A DNA stretch of 63,007 nt, the filler included, from Folioceros fuciformis (lineage: Eukaryota): the NCBI GenBank assembly GCA_049999805.1. It is 5 parts of 5 records of this genome, joined end to end, with 100 filler letters (N's around TTAATTAATTAA, not from the genome) between each part and the next. Parts side by side here need not be neighbours in the genome. Positions count along the whole stretch, not along the records: positions 1 to 16,581 come from JBNGIO010004132.1; 4 more parts are not named here. One strand, written 5' to 3'. Within the stretch, counting starts at the first letter, position 1. The number at the start of each line of letters is the position of its first letter. The position numbers and the translations under genes are program-made. Shown one piece after another: positions 1 to 12,673 of the stretch. Below the pieces are notes generated by a model. It did not search any database. It was not told the origin of the DNA and saw only the letters and a list, made by a program, of their open reading frames with translations.

Positions 1-141
1 GTGTGGGAGAGTGTCATTCAATTTACTTGCTAGTGTGGGAGAGTGTCATTCAATTTGCTTGCTTAAGCTATATGTTGTGATGACAATGTCTTGGGCTGCC
101 TGTTGCTATGCCATTATCATTGTGGGTGTGTAGGGTAGTGT

Positions 142-284
142 CATCCAACTTGCTTGCTTGGGCTACACCTTGCAATGCAAATGTAATACATCCAACTTGC
201 TTGCTTGGGCTACACCTTGCAATGCAAATGTGATACATCCAACTTGCTTGCTTGGGCTACACCTTGCAATGCAAATGTGATACA
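142..284. repeat. 47-bp tandem repeat, 3 copies
   Basis: catccaacttgcttgcttgggctacaccttgcaatgcaaatgt(a/g)ata starts at 142, 189 and 236. A second short duplication (gtgtgggagagtgtcattcaattt) occurs at 1 and 33. Confidence 0.9.
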
Positions 285-1388
285 CAACGCTTTGATGTAA
301 GGAATACCTCACAAGCTCATCAAATTATGTCAGGCCATATGTTCCTATTACTTTGTTTTACCTTATCTACCCTTGAAAGAAGGAACTATATGTTTTGTTT
401 CATCAAAGTTTGTTATCATCTTTTAGATAAATGAATATTACAATACTTCTTAAGACATAAAAAATGAATTAAGAGAGAATGCAAGGCCCTCTAGTAGAAA
501 CCCTTGGAGTATCTAGCCCTCTTTAGAAGACACTCCCTTGCAGAACAAAGTCTAGAATATTATGATCACAAGATTTGCCCCCACACTCTCTAGTAACATA
601 GGAACCTCAAAGAGATGAGACCTCAACTCTTTGTGTAGAATTGAATGATTTGAGTGTATATGTTAATACCTACTTTATTTATCATAAATAAATAAAAGTT
701 TTTATTATTATATCTATTATCTGTATACCTCTTATTTTTGTTTCAATGAAAAAAAAAATCTCTTATTTCTTTTAAATATCTTAATTGTAATATGGATCAA
801 AATAAAAAAAATTATTACTCCATGAAATATACAATGTATGCTGTAAAATTATATGACTGGATCACATAAAAAAATAAAAATAAAAATAATAGTGGAAAAC
901 AATTAGAGAACCTTAGCTCATGAGTCATCATCCCTCTTACATACTTCCAATGTGAACACAACTTCATAACAAACCACTTAGTTTGTTGATGGGCGAGATA
1001 TATTATAACAAAGCCAAATCATATTCTTCAAGTACATTAGCTAGAAAGGTCCTTGCATAGAAATTATTTTATACTTATGATTTTATGTCTATTTAAAAAT
1101 TAAAAATAAGGTATTTTTTACAACCACGCAATCTACAATTAAACATTATACAAATGCATAGCGATGCAAGGAACAAATAGAAGCCGCTAGAATTTTCTCT
1201 CCTTTTCCTGAGTGGCATGAAGCCTCCCTCCCTCTAATAAGACTAAACCCTGTGGAGTGACGGGTCTTAACCATTTGCAGATTTTGTTTTGTTGACTTGC
1301 GTGCTTCACTTACCCTTTGAGACGCCAGCTGCTGCAGAAGTGCACTCCTTCCCACCGTAGGTCGTCCTGAAATTAACATCCTGCACAT

Positions 1389-3575
1389 TCACCGCATGAT
1401 GGGGGTTGTTCGAAGTTCGTGTTCACCGTGAGCAAAGTGGCAGCGGTCTGCAAATGTGCAAGTTCCTTGAGCATAGTTCTCACATAATTTGGTCTTGAAA
1501 TTGTGAGATCCAAGGGAAGCGGGTCGGGCTGGCTGAACCTCCCTGTTCTGGAGAAAATTACGCACCATCTCACGGGCCTTCTCAATCTGCTCCAATGAGC
1601 CCTCCATCTCGACATTGCGCATGTTAGGGTCATTCTCGTGATCGCGAATGGAGAGCTTGGCGCCTGTTAGGCGGCTGATCTGCTTGACATTAGAGCCTGC
1701 CTTGCCTATGATGGCTCCTGCAAATACTGCCTCAATGCTCATTTTGGTTGTGGAGGTGGCTCCAAAGCAGGAGGTTGCTGATACTCCCGGAGGAGTGGGT
1801 TCTCCATAGTACACAGAGGTGCCTACCGGGTTATAAGCCGGTAGGCCGTTGCTGTATATCCCGGACGCTCCAGAGAGATCCAGCAGGGGTGGAGCTCCGT
1901 TTCGTCCGTTGGAAGGGCGCAGGTCAGTCTCCCCGTGGGCAAAATGGCACTTGTCCGCAAATCTGCAGCCCTCGGGAGTGTTAAAGCGGTTACAGAGCCG
2001 AGTCTTGTAGCCTCCCACGGTCACGCTCGGATCTGCAGCGTTTGCTCCGTTAGCAGTTCCTGCAGGTCCCACGCCACCCACCACCTTTCTCACTCCAGCC
2101 GATGTAGCAGTGGGGTTGACAGAGGGATAAGGTGCCAAGCCTAGGGCATTGATGCCGCCTGGTACGTAATGCAAGAAGTGACAACCCTCGCCGTAGGGAC
2201 ATCCTGCAGTGCTGAATCATAGTCATCAAACAAAAGAACACGATATCAGTTAAGAATCCAAGTGCGCGCGTGAGCTGCAGGTACATGTATGCTTGCCAGC
2301 AAATTGTGCGGAGAAGGAGGAACATTTAGCATTCTCCAGAACCTCAATCGGGACCTCCAATCAGCTGGGAGCTGTTTCACCGCCCAGGCCAGACTAACAA
2401 ATTGATGCAGCTAGCAAGATTGCAATGCAGATCTTTGAAGTGCATCTACGTAAGAGCGATTGCAGCAAAATCCCTTGATCATGAACAGAAACTGAAGGAT
2501 AGTTGCAAGCAACACTTCAATGTCAAGCTTCTGGGGAGAAGTTGCAGGATGAGTTCCAAAGCAATCCGACAATCTTGAATTTGCACCACACCTGAAAAAT
2601 TTGGTGCACGGCCTCGTTTTGCTTCCTAATGCTGAAGTCTGTTGCCCTAAGTCCCTCTCATCTGCATCCACAGCCAGCTCAGGCGATTACGGAAATGACA
2701 GGGAGTACATTCGAAGACTTGCATGAATGCGCGTGTGCAGATGCAGCAGCAGGGACCACAGAGGCTAGCAAGTATAGAATTTGCAAGGGCCGTAGCCTCG
2801 GAGGTGGTGAGGATAGAGAGACAAGGATGTGTAGCTCCCGATCGGAGGCCACGGATCAGGCTGCAGGCAGAGACGAGAGACAGGCGCAGGCTGAGGATGG
2901 AGGTACGCTGCCTGCCTGCCTGCCTGCCTGGCGGTGCCGGCGGGCTGCAAGCGAGCGATTCATGTGGCACCTTGAAGTGAACTGCAGGATGCTGGTAGGT
3001 GTGCGGATCTAAGCGGACGATCAAGAAAATATGAGGATGGAGGGGGGAGAACCAGAAGGGCCATGCTTGAAGCGGCATTGGCTACCGTAGGGGCAGCCCT
3101 CGGTGGTGGTGTAGCGGCGGCATTCCAGATCCCCCTGCAATTGTTGGTGCTGCTGCTGCTGCGGATCCGCATAGGGCGATACGCCGTTGCAATCGGAGCA
3201 GTGAGCGCCATTGCCGTTCGAGTTGGAGTTGGAGTTGGCGTTGGCGTTGGCGTTGGCGTTCCCGTTTCCGTTCCCGTTCCCGTTCGCGTTCGCGATGCCA
3301 TTGTCATGGCCATGGCCATTGCCATTGCCTTTGCCATTTCCATTTCCATTGGCAGCGCCATTGGAGTAACAGTGAGCTGCCGATGCGTGTTGCAATTGGC
3401 CTCCCAACTCTGGATCCACTCCGGGCGCGGTGTCATCCTCCAGAGCTGCCGCCGAGACAGTCACGACGTCGTAACCTGCACAATGGCCATTGGCGATGGC
3501 CTGGTCGTGGAGCGCGTCAGCGGTAGGGTCGTAGCTGGACCGCGCCTTCTTTAGCACGGGCTCATATGATCCCAT
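1389..3575 (-). CDS. CCCH zinc-finger / KH-domain RNA-binding protein (KHZ1/KHZ2-like), 3 exons
   Basis: Exons 3575-3053, 2661-2592 and 2211-1389 join in frame at GT-AG sites (HGPS/DERDLG; TKFFS/TAGCPYGEGCHFLH). The protein has four C-x8-C-x5-C-x3-H fingers and a KH domain with the GAIIGKAG GxxG loop. The N-terminus carries NG/NA/NS dipeptide repeats. Confidence 0.93.
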
Positions 3576-4412
3576 ACTGCTGGCCGCTAGCTGGTCCGGG
3601 TCCCGAGAGCGCGGCGTGGCAGTGATCAGTGTGGAAGAAATCAGAAATCCTACGACTTGAGGCTAGCAGTGGTAGCAGCAGCAGTAGCAGTCGCGCAGGC
3701 CCCGGTGCCAGATTCTTGCCCCGCCCGCCCTGGAGCGCGTCTCAGCTGCCGCTGCCATTTTCATTTCTTGCCGGCTTCAGCGCCTGCCAAGACAGGCCAC
3801 CTGCGGCAAGATGCATACATACAAACGCATATGAACAGAATTGGATTGCCGATTGAGCCCTGGAAGCTGGCTGCTCGCTTCCCCGCGCTGTATAGCTAGT
3901 AGCTAGCTAGCTGTGGTAGGAGGAGGGAGGGACACACACATGCTGTGCGTTCGGTGCGGGCAGGAAGGGCAGGGGGGTCATGGACACAGCTGAGGAAGGA
4001 GCCAGCCAGCCAGGCTCGCATTGGCAGAGGCCAGAACGGGCCGGGTTGTGCTGGAGACAGGAGAACAAGAGGCTTTTTAGGCATAGGCGTCTAGACAAGG
4101 GGTGGGGGGGAGCGGAGGGCCCAGGGGCAGTTGCAAGACCGTTAGGCTTGCTTTTGGCAAGGAAGGACCTCCCCCTCCCATCCACCGCCTAACCGGCCTC
4201 ACCCGGTGGCCCTGTCGTCCTTCATTTTCAAATTCTCCTTCAACTTCAAGAACAACCGGGTCAGTACACTGGACTTGACGCCCACGAGCACTACACTCCG
4301 CTTTCTTGCTCGAACCCTTCTCCTCCTCCACCTCCCGTTGCACTTGCGCAAGGCAATCATACGCGAGTACAAATGCACCAACCATCCATCCATTGTACTA
4401 CACACTACTAGT

Positions 4413-4537
4413 GCTGGTTGGGCTGATGTTTAGTTTGTTTGTTTGTGTTGGGCTCATGTGTAGTTTGTTTGTTTGTGTTGGGCTGATGTGTACTTTGTTT
4501 GTGTTGGGCCGATGTGTACTTTGTTTGTGTTGGGCTT
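4413..4537. repeat. Imperfect GT-rich tandem repeat (~23-27 bp unit)
   Basis: Recurring tttgtttgtgttgggct(g/c)atgtgta units, followed by (ggggct)4 at about 4624-4650. Confidence 0.8.
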
Positions 4538-4793
4538 CATATTCACTTACTTGTTGAGGCAGTAGGGGATTGATTCAAGTTTTTGTACATAACTTAATCC
4601 TCATACTCCTCAAAGTTACATGATGGGGCTGGGGCTGGGGCTGGGGCTGGTTTCCATATCATGACAAGGCTCCTTGTGTGAATGAAACCTAGAAGGATTG
4701 TGTATTTCCAAGTTGTAACCCTTTTCCTTTCTTGAGACTACATAATCAAATCACTTGTCAAAACCTACTTCAGTTTTAATACACTCATAATCA

Positions 4794-7700
4794 ATGGGGG
4801 ACCATCACCTCATGGACGCAATAAGAAGAATGTCAGACATGACATTCCACCTTCCAATGAACCAAGGATATGCATGGTCGTACCATGGTAGGGGACTCCG
4901 ACCTTCCATACCAGAGAGACCTAGACTTCACATTTGGGAACAAGGCCCCGAAGAAAAGATAAAACGACATATATTTCAGCGTATGGAAGATGAAAAAGAA
5001 CTTAACGCCCTTCGGTAATACCTCTTATCTTTATGTGTGTGTGTGTGGGTGTCAGGGATTTCTACTAAGTAATCCTTTGGGCATCATCACTAATTATGTT
5101 TAACATTCATTATGCAATAGGGAATATAAGAATCAAATACATGGTTGTGAGGATGCAAAAGGTTGCATCATTCGAGGAATTGGAAAGACAGAACAAGAGT
5201 TATTGATGGAGAATGCTTATCTCTACCGTTACAGAGTGGAAAAAAGTGATCTTTTCCAATATGCAAAACCACCAGGAGATATAATGCCTACTTCAGGAGA
5301 TGCAGTAAGGATTGCAATTGGAACCCCCTTCTCCCCCGTCACTTTTGATCAATATGTAAAGTTTGTCTTTAAGTTTGTTGGTGGAAGGAAAGAAAGAACT
5401 TTCTTAACAAGCAAATCAAATAACCCATTCTGAATTTTGTATTCATACTAAGAATATGTTTTCATCTATAGGTTAAATGCGTTTAGAGCATGAGTTAGAT
5501 GGATCAACTAATTTATGGATGCTCTACTAGTGGGAAGCAAGCCTACGAGACTATGGGCAACCTGTTGATCCGTTAGCCTTTGCTATCGAGCCTCCAAAGA
5601 GAACACTAGAGGTCTCAGAACAAATAGGTTATCCAAACAAGGGAGAAGTCAAATATGACTTCTTCTGTGGTTGTACAAAACACCCACCACATGAGGAAAG
5701 GAGTAAGTGGAAGCCAGGAGACTTTTACTTTGAAACCCTAGAAAGAGAGCTTCCCAAAAAATTACCTTTCAAGCCAGATTTTCCAGGATTTGAGGTACTA
5801 CTAAAANNNNNNNNNNNNNNNNNNNNNNNNNNNNNNNNNNNNNNNNNNNNNNNNNNNNNNNNNNNNNNNNNNNNNNNNNNNNNNNNNNNNNNNNNNNNNN
5901 NNNNNNAATATTCTCTTTTTTTGTGATATTATTTTCACTATTTAAATGCATGATTTTACATTCTTGAAGGTTATTCATATTCTAATGTTTCATGATGCTA
6001 TTGTAGTAGGTTGTTGGTCAAAGTAATTGGCCTCCCAAACCTTCACCTGAAAAAGTTATACAACCTCCTCCAAAGAAGGTGAACATAAAACATAAAGATG
6101 CTTAGGCTTCTGGGATGGAACATTCAACTAGTCTTTTATGTTTTAATTCTATTTAGATAATTTAGATATTATACATAAAAGCTCATTTCTTATATCAATT
6201 AGGAAGAAGAGGAAATACGTTCATTTAAAGGACCAGCTGCAAAAATAGATTGCACATGGGCACTTTTGCCTGGACATGTAGGTATGCAACCAACTAAGAG
6301 TATCACAATGCTTTCTCTTATGTTGAGTAACATGCAATGCTTTTCTTAATACTTGTTAATTATTATTATTATTATTATTTCTGTCTATTAGGTGTGGTAG
6401 CAACTTCAAAAATAAAGTTAAAAAATACAGGCACTACAGCACTGTATTTTACTTGGGAACATGTACCTATGAGACCATACATTATAAAAGGTACATTTAT
6501 GATTTTCCTATGCTCTAGTTTTTAAGGTTTCGTGATAAGTTGATAGGAGAGAGATTTTCCAATTTAAATTATAACTTGTCATTGCCGGCAACAAAATTAT
6601 AAAGTTTTCTTATTCAGATTGATGATGTAGATCCCCAACCTAACCCAAACAGAGTATTCCATGTAATGTGCGGTAGCGGAAGCATAGTCCCCGACGAGAG
6701 CAAAGAATTTCTATTTAGTTTTAAATCCAAAGTTGCAGGCATTTTCTTAGAGAAATGGGACGTTATATTTGATCCTAAATTAATAGAGCCTTTACAACCT
6801 CTTGTTGTCAAAGGACTTGCATTTTTGGATGAAGAACCAACTAGGTGGATATGATACTTCTATCTGCTATAACATGTTATTAATACTCTTGGAGTTAAAC
6901 ATGTTCTAATTTGGATTTGTTGTTGACACTCTCTCTTAGGGTACCAAGGGAGAAACTTGTGGCTTTGTTAGAGCAAAGAGAAATGCACCGTGGAGTGGAG
7001 GAGGTGAATGAATATTTATGGTTAACATCGGTTGCTATGGCCAAGCCAATTCCAAAAGTGGGCGAGTTTTTGTTAAATCCAATGGAATCTAAGAACTTCA
7101 TAAGAAAAAATCAGTTTTTTAAATTACCTCTATATTTTTCGGAAGCATTGTACAAGGAGCTGCTACATCTCTACAAGTTGGTGCGAATTGAATTGTTTGA
7201 AGAAGGATTGTGCACAAAAATATTGGATACTATTTTTCTCTCTCCAGGACCCCACATTAAACCACAAGCATACAAAGGACCATCAATTGAGATACCTGTC
7301 CATGAATCTCTTTTGGATGATACTTTTCCTCTTCAATCCTTGCCAAATGCAGTTCCATTCGACCCATATCCAAAAACAAATCCTATTCAAACTCCTTCAG
7401 TGATTCCTGACGATGGAGGCCCAGTGCGACCTCTCACACCCTTAAAGAAGCCTCGCCCTAAGCCATCTACAGATATACCTCTTGTGGTTAAGTCGGAAGA
7501 AACAAGGACACTTTGGTTTACAGCAAATCTCGTGCCACCTTGTGGATATGGTGTTGCTAGTCTTCGGCCAGCAGCTGCTGCAGCACCTGGTCCAGTGTCT
7601 TTGCGTAATAGAGGATTTGCAATCAACACCTCTTTATACCCTTCACCTAATGCAGTATTATTCCCAGACCATGCTTGGATAGATGAAGTGTCTCCTTATT

Positions 7701-8983
7701 ATGCAATCCAAGTTGAAAAGCCCCGGTTTGTTCCTATACCTAAAGATCCCACAATACCTCACAATATACCACCACATAGGCCTCATATATTTCCGCCTCC
7801 CCCACCTCCTAATCCTGTACCTTTTACTATCCCTCCTGGTACAGAGAAGAATCCATTTTGGCAAAACTTTTGGTTTCCCCCTTTGTTGGCACCTCCATGT
7901 GGGTTTGGAGTTCCAGACCTTATTCTCAATAGAACGGAAAGCATGGATCCAAAATATCCTTCAGTTGTGGATTCTTTTGCAAAGATACCTAATTTGGTGT
8001 ACACTACTGTATGGGATGGCTCTAGTCTTACCATCTTACAAGGAATAGCTGCCATTCAAAATGACAAAAAAAGAAATGAGTTCAGGAATATCATTGCAAC
8101 TCTTCTAGATGCTGCAGCAGTACCACCTAGTAGATTTGCTTTATTATATGTAGCTATGTACAAGGTTGTCTATGATGTTATGGGTGCTTTTTCGGAAGTT
8201 TTCCAATCCGTAATGGATGACCCACGAAAAACCCTTGAAGAATGTGAGTTGCGTTTTCAATACATATCAGAAGAAGTTGAAGAGAAACCTACACAAGATC
8301 ATGAAGAACCAGTGGAAGTTGTTAATGACAAAAAGTCCAAGAAAAAGGTGGGTAAAAACCCGCCTTCAAAAGAGGATAAAAAACCTAAGTCTAGGTTGAA
8401 GACACAAAGTGAAGCTAAGGAAATAGATTCCAAGCCTCTTAAGACAAACCCATCAAAGTTGGATGTTCCAAAATCTAAAGCCAAGGATGAAGTAGTAGAC
8501 ACAATTGATGACAATAAGAAAAATCCTAAGACGAAGGGGGACATCTCGAAAGACAAGCCTCAGAAAAATGTAGATAAAAAATCTCAAGGTAAAAAGGAGG
8601 TTGACGTCGAAGTTAAACCTGAGGAACCTGAACCCAAACTTGAGGCACAGGATGAGGTGGTTCAAGAAGACCCTGCAAAAGAAACACGAAAATTTTTGTT
8701 TGATATGATGGATGCATCAATCCCTAAATCAGTTGAAATAGAGGAGGTAAAGAAACTAATTGGTATGGGTATAGACCAGTATGAGGAACAAATCAAGATA
8801 GGTTATGCTGCAGCATTACTTGTAATTGATGAGAGGATTAAAGTTTTGAAACGACAACCCAATCAAGATGAAACTATATGCTGGTCTATATTTCAATTGG
8901 AGACTAAAAGGGATGACTTGCTAGAAGAGGAGAGGGAGTTGTTAGGATGCAATGAGCTAGATTGTAAATATTGTTTCGAATAA
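4794..8983 (+). CDS. MYCBP-associated protein (MYCBPAP/AMAP-1)-like ciliary/flagellar protein, multi-exon, spans an N gap
   Basis: Approximate exons are 4794-5014, 5121-5355, 5531-5794, 6391-6490, 6618-6844 and 6940-8983, plus probable small exons near 6010-6280. The motifs ELLMENAYLYRYRVEKSDL, YWEASLR, KLKNTGTTALYFTW and GSIVPDESKEFLFSFKSKVAGIFLEKW resemble the MYCBPAP family as recalled. The gap at 5807-5906 prevents a full model. Confidence 0.75.
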
Positions 8984-10117
8984 TCTTCATTCATGCTAAT
9001 CAATTTAATCAGGAAGTAATTCTTTTCAATGATTTTAAAGTAACACATCATTCAAAACCATGTTCCTTGTAAAAGTGAGGATGAATGCACAAGATATGTT
9101 TTGTCTCAAATTTGAGTTTGTGGCAACCTTGCCCTGCATTGCTTCCAACGTAATGTCATGTGTTATGCAAGTAATGCAAATAACATACAATTATTTAAGT
9201 GCAATAGAATCCATAACTTAATGTTGAAATATTTTACTAATCTTTCATGTTGATTAAATAAGTATTCATGCTATTCCTATTATCAAAAGTTTAGAGCAAA
9301 ATAGAGTAAATAGGATTTGAAACTAGAGACGATGATTTTTGTAGTACCAAGGCTGAAACAATCAATCCATCTATTTCCAAGCTACAAAGATTTTGACACA
9401 CTTCTTGCATATAATAAATAATATCTAAGTTATATTTTACTTTTATATATATATATATATATAAGGTTTTAAGTTTTATAGGTTAGAATTTTTAGACTGA
9501 TCAAATATTCTAATATTCCTAAACCCATTCTAGTAATGCACAAAGTAAGGACCCCACTTAACTGAGTTTCAATAATTTTAACCTATCTGATTGAGTTTTA
9601 GCTTTTTATTTTCCCTAAAATAGGAGAAATTAGACGAGAAATGAAGTAAAATTAACCTGGTGAGTGAGCCGAAAACGAGACACATGACTCTAGGAACATG
9701 CCAGCAAAGACAAAAACAAAGAGTTGAATATGTGTCAGGTGGCAGCATAGGCACCACCGCCTTACCCTATAGCACACAACTAACCAATCCGTGAGGCTTC
9801 TCTTCTACGTTTCAGTGCAGGTGCAAGGAATTTTCGCTTGGACGGTCATAGGACCCGGCGCCATAACAGCTTGTACGATGGAGTGGGGCCTTGTGTGGTA
9901 GTGGAAGGTCATCCACTACCTCCAATCACTCCATCCAAGGAGCCATGAGAGGAAGGAGACAGAGGCAAAGCAGCAAGCGCTTTCGTGCGATTTGTCAATC
10001 ATATGGTGCTTACGCATGTAGGAAAGCCATTTTCGGTGTGTCCCAAGTATGACTCGATTTCAGATTGTTCGGTCGTTGGAACAGTGTTCCTGACCCGTTG
10101 TGAATTTTCCCGCCACC

Positions 10118-10184
10118 GACGCAGATGCAGATGCAGATGCAGATGCAGATGCAGATGTAGACGCAGACGCAGACGCAGACGCAG
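10118..10184. repeat. Compound hexanucleotide microsatellite (gcagat)n(gcagac)n
   Basis: Directly visible array upstream of the TMEM65-like gene. Confidence 0.9.
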
Positions 10185-10756
10185 GCTCCGTCCCGGGCTA
10201 CCACCCGCCTACGCCCTATGACTCTTCCGTGAAAAGCTCTCAGCCCTGCCTTCCTGGTCTCTTCCCCGTTGCATCCTCCGAACTCCGCCTCAATGTCCTT
10301 TCAACGCCGCCGCTCCCCTAACTCCTTGGGCCATTGTCTCTTCTAGCGAGAGCGGAGCTTGGAACACGAGTTTTGGGGTTTAATTGCGTTTCCATGATTT
10401 TCTCCTGGAATAAAATAATCCATTCGAGCTCCAGGGATGCTTCCCATTGGTGCCATGGATGCCTTCGTTCTGCTGCAAGGACTGTTCTCAGCACAACGTG
10501 CCCAAGCCGATGGACATGCTGACCATGCATTCCGGGGTGCGTCGGCCTTGATGCAAACGACGGCTTGCATTTTCCATCGGCGTGCAGAATCCGTGCCGAA
10601 CTTCGCGCCAGGTAGGGTAGCTCAGGTGGAATCATCATGGAGGCGCAGAGGCAGGGCTGAGGAAGGAAGTGTCCTGAACCGATGATGCCCCAGGCACAGC
10701 AGGAGCACTGACCCTCTCAAGCGGGGATTCTGCGGTGTGGCCTGGTGTTGGACGAC

Positions 10757-12673
10757 ATGTCATTTTGTTCAGCCAGCATGTCGGGGACGGTGTGCTCCCG
10801 GTGTCATTCTTGGCTCGGAAGAGACAAAGTGCAGTCAAGAGGCAATGGCCTGCGGAGCAAGCCGAGATTTGTCTCTGCCGCCAGTGACGGCATTGTCAGA
10901 TTGAACGGCGGGTTGTGTTTAGGCCCTCGGTTTGTATCCTACAGGAGTGGCCGGGGGCATGTGGCTTGTGCTGCTAGCGAAGGCAGCTCCAGTGCGTTGA
11001 CACTTAGCAATGAGGAGGCAGTAGTGGGAGTGGGAGAGTTGCTTGCGGGAGATCCCGAGGCAGCAGCACAACTGGCACGGGTCCTTGTGACGAACATTGA
11101 TAAACAGGGGCGTGCGATATTGTTGTCAGCCCTGTTTGCAAGTGGTAGGTCAATCTACACCGATGTTGTGCAATTTCATGTTTTAATGTTGCACGTGTTC
11201 CAATATTGAAAGGTTGGCGTGCATGCTCCTCACCAGATAAGCCAGGTAGTGAGGCTGACATTTAAGCTCTGCCGGCTTATTCAACGCCTGGACTCATTAG
11301 TGTGTGTTTGGTAAATGTGGGCAGCCCCGGATGCAGAAGCGGATGAGCACTTCAAAGAAGCTGATACCAATTCTGATGGTGTAGTGGATCGAATTGAGTT
11401 TGCAAATTTTGTGGAGGCGCAGGCTGTCAAGTATGGCACGTCCAAAAAGCCACTGACGACAGACCAGCTTGTTCAGCTTGGGGTGCGAGCTGGCGTTGGT
11501 GAGTCCAATTCCTATGGTATGCATAACATGCGGTGCTGGTAGGCACAAGTGGGTAATGCCAACGGCTGGCGAGTGCTAAAATGTTTGCCGGGTTTGCATG
11601 GTTTCCATTTCCATCTCGTTGTACAATTCTCGTTGCCTCGTGTGCGGATAGGATACCTGATCTGGTGGTTCCAATTCCTCATTCCTGCCTGTAAACAGCC
11701 CCGAGATTGAACTTGATGCTCTGTGTTCCAGCTTCTCCTACAGTTGCATTCTTTTAGCTTTCTGAAGCTGCAAACCGTCCAGGAGACTTCTAATTGTGGT
11801 GCCGTGTGTTGAAGTGGCTCAGGGATGATTGGCTTCGGCTTCACAGGTATCTACTCCCCTTTTGCCGCCTTGGCTTCCAATGCATGACCTTGCATTTGTC
11901 AACAATGTGCTGATTCCAAGTGTGGATCCAACAACCAGATAATGCCATCATGATCATCGCTGGGGATGCGATACAGAACAGCATCGGAGTAGGGCTGGGC
12001 CTCTCCACCCTCATGGTGAGTGAAAGCCCCCTCCATTACACTGCTTCTTCGCAGCTGGATCGGCATTGGTGTGAAATGTGGAGATGTCGGAGTCATGTGC
12101 CTTCGCACTGCGCAGTCAGCAGGACTGGGAAACGCCATTGCGGATCTGGTGGGAACAGCTTTCCGAGGCTACATCGAGATGGTATCAAGCCACTTCATGC
12201 CAGAGATAAAAGTGTCCTCCGTGCAGATGCAATCGAAAGAAGCCTGGTGGGCAGACACTGTTGGTTCCACAATCGGAGTGACGCTTGGTTGTCTCCTGGG
12301 GCTCTTGCCTCTCCTCTACATCGCCAAGCACGAAGACGGTCCAGCGGGCGGAGAGAACATTCCCTCACAAGCGATCGTGGCCCAAACCGACCCTGCTTCG
12401 AGTGACATCAGCTACTGTGTACAGACGCAGAGGCAGGAGGTGGGCGGTCCCAGCGACGGGGGTCGTAGCGCCCCCAGCAGCAGCAGGGGGAGCGGAACCC
12501 TATTTGCGTCTGTCTCCGGCGCATGTGCATCACCTTGTCTGACACGAAAGCCTGACACGATGCCCGGCAAGCTTGGTGGCCTGATCCTTATCTTGACGGT
12601 ATCATCTCTCATGGTTGTGCGGAGAGCGGTGCAGTTCGGGCTGGCGAGGAGGAAGTCGGCACCGCTAAGATGA
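10757..12673 (+). CDS. TMEM65-family membrane protein with an N-terminal EF-hand and probable organellar transit peptide, 5 exons
   Basis: Exons 10757-11144, 11325-11498, 11823-11846, 11939-12015 and 12116-12673 join in frame. They give GMIGFGFTDNAIMIIAGDAIQNSIGVGLGLSTLMSAGLGNAIADLVG, matching the TMEM65 signature (IGFGFxDNAIMIxAG...GxSTxxxAxLGN). A canonical EF-hand loop DTNSDGVVDRIE lies at 11363-11398. The start codon is inferred. Confidence 0.85.

Noticed and set aside
5483-5530. Apparent in-frame TAG suggesting the MYCBPAP-like gene is a pseudogene or recoded
   Set aside because: The TAG at 5528-5530 works as a splice acceptor. Joining it to the donor at 5356 gives FDQY/WEASLR in frame.
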